From a virus (Duplodnaviria > Heunggongvirae > Uroviricota > Caudoviricetes), in the IMG/VR virus record IMGVR_UViG_2561511241_000001, positions 1-40,644 of that record: DNA of 40,644 nucleotides. One strand, given 5' to 3'. Each line of letters opens with the position of its first letter. Positions within the stretch are counted from its first letter, which is position 1. Both the position numbers and the translations under genes were made by a program. Under the pieces are notes generated by a model that had not been told where the DNA came from, made no database searches, and was given only the letters and a program-made list of their open reading frames with translations. Shown here one piece after another: positions 36,811 to 40,644 of this stretch.

Positions 36811-39621
36811 TTATTTTTTTAGAGATTGCATTCGTTCATTGAATATGTCCAATGTGTCTTGAAATTCAACAAAGCCTCTATCCTTTATAAGGCTTTTAAT
36901 TAAGTTAGGAAAATCACTTTCTACACCAGCTGTAATGAAATCTAACTCGCCTAATTTATTCGGGATGTTTTCAGAAACAAATTTGTTAATAACCTCAAGA
37001 AATTGATCAGGCATGGCACATCCGCTTGCGACTAAATGCAAACATTCCATAATATCGCTTACTGTTGCCAGTGGTAGGTTTAAAATATTACTGTTAATAA
37101 ACTTGTCTATAATGTCAACGACCTCAGGAGAGCCAATCCTTTTGATGTTCAATAATAAACTCTTAGTGATGGATCTTTTCCACTTATCATCAAATAATTG
37201 TATTTTTGTTAACGCTAATGTTAATAGTTCAGTGTTTTTGTATTCGTAATTATGATTCTCTGATAATATGTAAATGTTTCGTAAGATATTGGAGTTAATT
37301 ACATGCTGGTCATAACCATTTAACTCTCCTGTATTGATTTTTATAAGTATTACATCCAGGATTTTTAACATATCATCATGGGATTTTTGATACAAAAACT
37401 CATTCACAGCTAGAAGATTATGTATGTTTTCATAAATATTTATGTTATTAGTTCTGCCTTCTAACAAAGGAAGCAAACCATTTATTATTTTCTTTAACTG
37501 GTTTGAACTCCACGGAACACATCCTAATATAATCAATAAATTATTGGTCCATCGATCTATTGAAGTGGTATGAATAAAATTTTTATTTTTCAACCTAATC
37601 AGGTTGCATATGTTTTCGAGAGAGTTGAGTAAATATTTCTTAATATGGTGAACTTCTCTTTTGTCAAGTTTGCTGGTGCTGATTATTATTTTGTCTTTTA
37701 TTACCTTACTTAAAAATTTTTTGAGTTTTTCTGTCTCGCAGTATTTTATTAACATAAATAGATCGATTCTATTAACATAGAATATCTCTTCGCATAGATA
37801 GTGTTCGAGGCTACTAAGAATATTAAATTCGAAAAATTGTTTAACCTCTTTATATTCTTCAATTAAAATTTCGTTGCCTAAAATGAAATACACATAAGGG
37901 TACAGTTTCGCTCTTGTTTTAAATTCATCATTGGAAAATGCTATTCCACCACTCTTTCTTATTTGTGAGTACCCTAAATTCTTCTTCGATTCAACGTCAA
38001 ATCGATAGTAAGCTTTGTATATTTCATTAAATTCAAGCATCTTTACTAATTCTTGTAGCTCACTTTGCACCCCCCGTGGAAAATCAATTATTTTACTTTT
38101 AAACTCAAATGGAGTATGGCTTTCCATTATTGATTTACAATCTTCATCAATGTCCTTACCGTTACAGTGTAAATCCGACTTCAACATCCTGTAAGCATAA
38201 TCAAAATTAGACATGTGAATGGTGGCGAGAATATAGTTTCTCTCATTAAGATGAAGCTTTACTTTCGAAATAAGAATATCGAGAAGTTTGCCATATTCCT
38301 TGTTAATAAGAAGTATTTCAGCATTATCCTTTGAATAAGCGAAAGAAATCTTATTGTATAGCTCAGACTCTAATTCTGAAGAACTAATCACCTCATACAG
38401 TTTCGAGTCATAACTAACTGTATTTATAAATGCCTTTTCCAAAATAGATGAGAATGTCTTTTTTAAGTGAGTATTTTTACTCAAAATGTCATTAAGGTAT
38501 ATGCTATTTATTTTCCTGCTATACTCGTCATAATCAGTCGTCAAAATATTATTGTGGGAGGTTAGTTTAACCCCAGACTTATCATAATCAATGGTACTAT
38601 TAGTTAATTTTTTACTGATCTGCTCAGGGAGCAATACTTTGTATTGTGTTAATGCTTTTAGTTTGCTATCAACATATTTATTTATTTTTTTTGTTACAAT
38701 ACATTGAATATCATTCTTCAATTTATTTTTATCAAAATCAGACATTCTCAGGTCATCTTCTATTTTTTTTACCTTTGACTCAGTATAGATCAGGGTCCTC
38801 TTTATAAACTCATCTTGGTTTTTAACAAGCTTGAAATCACTGAAAAATTTTGAATAAAGATCATGATAGCTAATGTCAGTATTCATCGGTGTCAACAAGG
38901 ATATCCCATGATTTCTTAAGTAAAGAGCCTGGGCTGCATCATGATTTTTCTGGAGCAAATATTTTCTTGGTGTTGCTTTTGATATAGTTGTAACCCATGA
39001 AACAATCTGTTTTAAATCATAATCACTATAAGAGTATCCTAAAAACACAACAGTGTTTGTTGAGAATATTCCTTTTATAAAATTTTCGATAAGTGGAAAA
39101 TTTTGGCTGTACTGTAAGTAATCATCCTCTTTAAAAACAAAATTATTCTGTCGAAAATCCCCATGCATCTTTATAATTTTCTTGTCCAAATGACTTTGTG
39201 CCAGGTCCACGTCAGAACTAACTAAATCATAAGCCAATCCTATGTCTTGTGCAGTTTTTTCAAGCAAACTATCCCAGTTGGTTGTAATTATATAGTGGGG
39301 GTTTAATTCAAATAGCATCTTATGAAAAAGACTTGGTTTCAAATCTCTAATTATTGATTTGACTTTTTTAACATAAGAGTTTTGTCCGTATTGAAGAAAG
39401 TAAAGTTGGGCTATTTTTAAATAATCATTTTCTTCAGACAATCCTAAGTCGTCTTTTAGCTCATTTATTAACTCCCTCCAGGTTGGTATTTTTATTAATT
39501 CCGTTTCGCTGAATTTAGAAAAACCAGCACCAATAAAAAGAACTAACTTATTATCTTGACTGGCATTCAATATTTCGTTCAAGTCATATTCAGAAAAAGA
39601 AAGTGGATTTAAATTTATCAT
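36811..39621 (-). CDS. large SIR2-domain protein (DSR-like candidate antiphage NADase)
   Basis: 936 aa; N-terminal SIR2 signatures LVLFIGAGFS (GAGxS), ITTNWD (TTN-aromatic-D) and KMHGDF (catalytic His); ~700 aa C-terminal region of unknown fold; very AT-rich; opposite strand, between pin and attR. Confidence 0.75.
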   Translation of the reverse strand: MINLNPLSFSEYDLNEILNASQDNKLVLFIGAGFSKFSETELIKIPTWRELINELKDDLGLSEENDYLKIAQLYFLQYGQNSYVKKVKSIIRDLKPSLFHKMLFELNPHYIITTNWDSLLEKTAQDIGLAYDLVSSDVDLAQSHLDKKIIKMHGDFRQNNFVFKEDDYLQYSQNFPLIENFIKGIFSTNTVVFLGYSYSDYDLKQIVSWVTTISKATPRKYLLQKNHDAAQALYLRNHGISLLTPMNTDISYHDLYSKFFSDFKLVKNQDEFIKRTLIYTESKVKKIEDDLRMSDFDKNKLKNDIQCIVTKKINKYVDSKLKALTQYKVLLPEQISKKLTNSTIDYDKSGVKLTSHNNILTTDYDEYSRKINSIYLNDILSKNTHLKKTFSSILEKAFINTVSYDSKLYEVISSSELESELYNKISFAYSKDNAEILLINKEYGKLLDILISKVKLHLNERNYILATIHMSNFDYAYRMLKSDLHCNGKDIDEDCKSIMESHTPFEFKSKIIDFPRGVQSELQELVKMLEFNEIYKAYYRFDVESKKNLGYSQIRKSGGIAFSNDEFKTRAKLYPYVYFILGNEILIEEYKEVKQFFEFNILSSLEHYLCEEIFYVNRIDLFMLIKYCETEKLKKFLSKVIKDKIIISTSKLDKREVHHIKKYLLNSLENICNLIRLKNKNFIHTTSIDRWTNNLLIILGCVPWSSNQLKKIINGLLPLLEGRTNNINIYENIHNLLAVNEFLYQKSHDDMLKILDVILIKINTGELNGYDQHVINSNILRNIYILSENHNYEYKNTELLTLALTKIQLFDDKWKRSITKSLLLNIKRIGSPEVVDIIDKFINSNILNLPLATVSDIMECLHLVASGCAMPDQFLEVINKFVSENIPNKLGELDFITAGVESDFPNLIKSLIKDRGFVEFQDTLDIFNERMQSLKK

Positions 39622-40061
39622 TTTATAACTCTATGCATGTCTTAAAATTCATTGCTTCCATCAATATTAGCATAATTAAGTATTTCAAATCATAACGATG
39701 CTTAATTTATCATTATAATCCATTAACTTGTTCCAAGTACACCGTCTGCTAGTAATTTCTCCATTAACTGACTTATAAAGTGGGGGACTTCCGTCTCTCT
39801 CTCATAACAGACATTCACTACAGTTATGGCAGAAAGGTATGCAAGCCGGGTGTGGGAAAGTATGAAAGAAAAGAAGACTGCTGCGCCGTTTGTCGTCACA
39901 TTTATCTTCATTGGCTATGCAAGTCGTAATACAAGGTGGGACAAAACTGAGACACATAAGGCCTCGCAATGGCTTGCAAGGCTTTACATGTTTTGATGTG
40001 GCGGGACGTGTGAGCGCAGTGTTGATGGGGTAATGCTTTGAATTAGAATCGGATTCTTATA

Positions 40062-40117
40062 ATTCGTAATGCGAAGGTCGTAGGTTCGACTCCTATTATC
40101 GGCACCATTTAAATCAA
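40062..40117. repeat. attR core (56 bp direct repeat, partial tRNA-Thr copy)
   Basis: Identical to 1399-1454. Confidence 0.85.
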
Positions 40118-40233
40118 GTAGTTACCCCATATTTAAATACACCACGTTTCCTCCTGTGCCGTATTTGTGCCATTGTAACCCTGGCAATTCATCAAAATAC
40201 TGTTCTGACATCAGGCAATGCAGGTGCAGACAT

Positions 40234-40644
40234 TTAAGCCAATTGCTGCCGCCATTCCTTGACGTGGTCAATCAGGGCGCGGAGCTTTGGTGCAATATTG
40301 CGACGCTGTGGGAAATACAGATAGAAGCCTGGAAATTGTGGAAGAAAGTCATCAAGCAGCGATACAAGCTTACCGCTTTCAATATATGGCCTGAAAGTTT
40401 CCTGAGTGGCAATTGTTATTCCTCCGCCGGCAAGAGCCAGCCTCAACATCAGACGCAGATCATTAGTCGTAATCTGCGGTTCAATCGCAAGGTCGAAAGT
40501 TCTCCCGTTTTCTTCAAATGGCCAGCGATAAGGCGCAACCTCCGGGGACTGACGCCAGCCGATACACTTATGGGTATTTCCCCCGGAGGCGAGAAAGCGC
40601 TCTCCACGCCCGGCCGCAAGGATCAGGACGACGGGGGCAGGCAT
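40234..40644 (-). CDS. LysR-family transcriptional regulator, C-terminal part (5' end outside window)
   Basis: C-terminus PGFYLYFPQRRNIAPKLRALIDHVKEW is the LysR effector-domain tail; the ORF runs to the window edge. Confidence 0.55.
   Translation of the reverse strand: MPAPVVLILAAGRGERFLASGGNTHKCIGWRQSPEVAPYRWPFEENGRTFDLAIEPQITTNDLRLMLRLALAGGGITIATQETFRPYIESGKLVSLLDDFLPQFPGFYLYFPQRRNIAPKLRALIDHVKEWRQQLA

Larger units (their letters stand above)
1399..40117. mobile_element. integrated mosaic prophage (~38.7 kb) inserted at thrW
   Basis: Integrase directly beside the tRNA; the 3' 46 nt of the tRNA plus 10 nt are exactly repeated at 40062-40117; complete lambdoid regulatory, lysis, head and Mu-like tail gene sets lie between. 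Confidence 0.85.

Noticed and set aside
39723-39911. 62 aa minus-strand ORF near attR
   Set aside because: No RBS; lies in the probable promoter region of the SIR2 gene and overlaps the more plausible plus-strand small ORF.
1459-40061. gtrA/gtrB/gtr(type) serotype-conversion genes expected for SfV-like thrW prophages
   Set aside because: No ORF with the multi-TM GtrA/GtrB character was found at either prophage end.
40601-40644. N-terminal nucleotidyltransferase-like motif (LILAAGRGERF) at the window edge suggesting a separate gene
   Set aside because: It is in frame with a LysR-type C-terminus and the ORF runs off the window; most simply an internal part of one LysR-family gene.

Overview
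This window is an enterobacterial (E. coli-type) proA-thrW chromosomal locus carrying an integrated mosaic prophage of about 38.7 kb. The prophage sits in the 3' end of tRNA-Thr and is bounded by a 56 bp direct repeat (attL 1399-1454, attR 40062-40117). Its backbone runs: P22/SfV-type integrase and Xis; a short left arm (DUF551, YfdR-like HD hydrolase) with no recognisable N or recombination genes; a CI(S24)/Cro immunity region with palindromic operators; an iteron-containing replication initiator; a nin-like block (PerC-like, LexA-N-domain-only protein, RusA, KilA-N, DUF968-like); a Q-like antiterminator; a lambda-type lysis cassette; HNH plus terminase; HK97-type portal, protease and capsid; and a Mu/SfV-type contractile tail ending in a Pin-invertible tail-fibre segment. 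Several AT-rich cargo islands are inserted on the opposite strand. The strongest candidate for a defence system is a TIR-like plus caspase-like two-gene operon lying antisense between Q and the lysis genes. Other cargo: a 936 aa SIR2-domain protein beside pin at the attR end, a two-gene unknown module between Rz1 and HNH/terminase, a membrane-anchored small protein between tape measure and DNA-circulation genes, and a SieB-like membrane protein next to a ~640 bp ORF-poor hairpin-rich segment. The window ends inside a LysR-family gene. All calls come from reading motifs and gene order by eye; no database search or computation was run, and statements about AT-richness are visual impressions.
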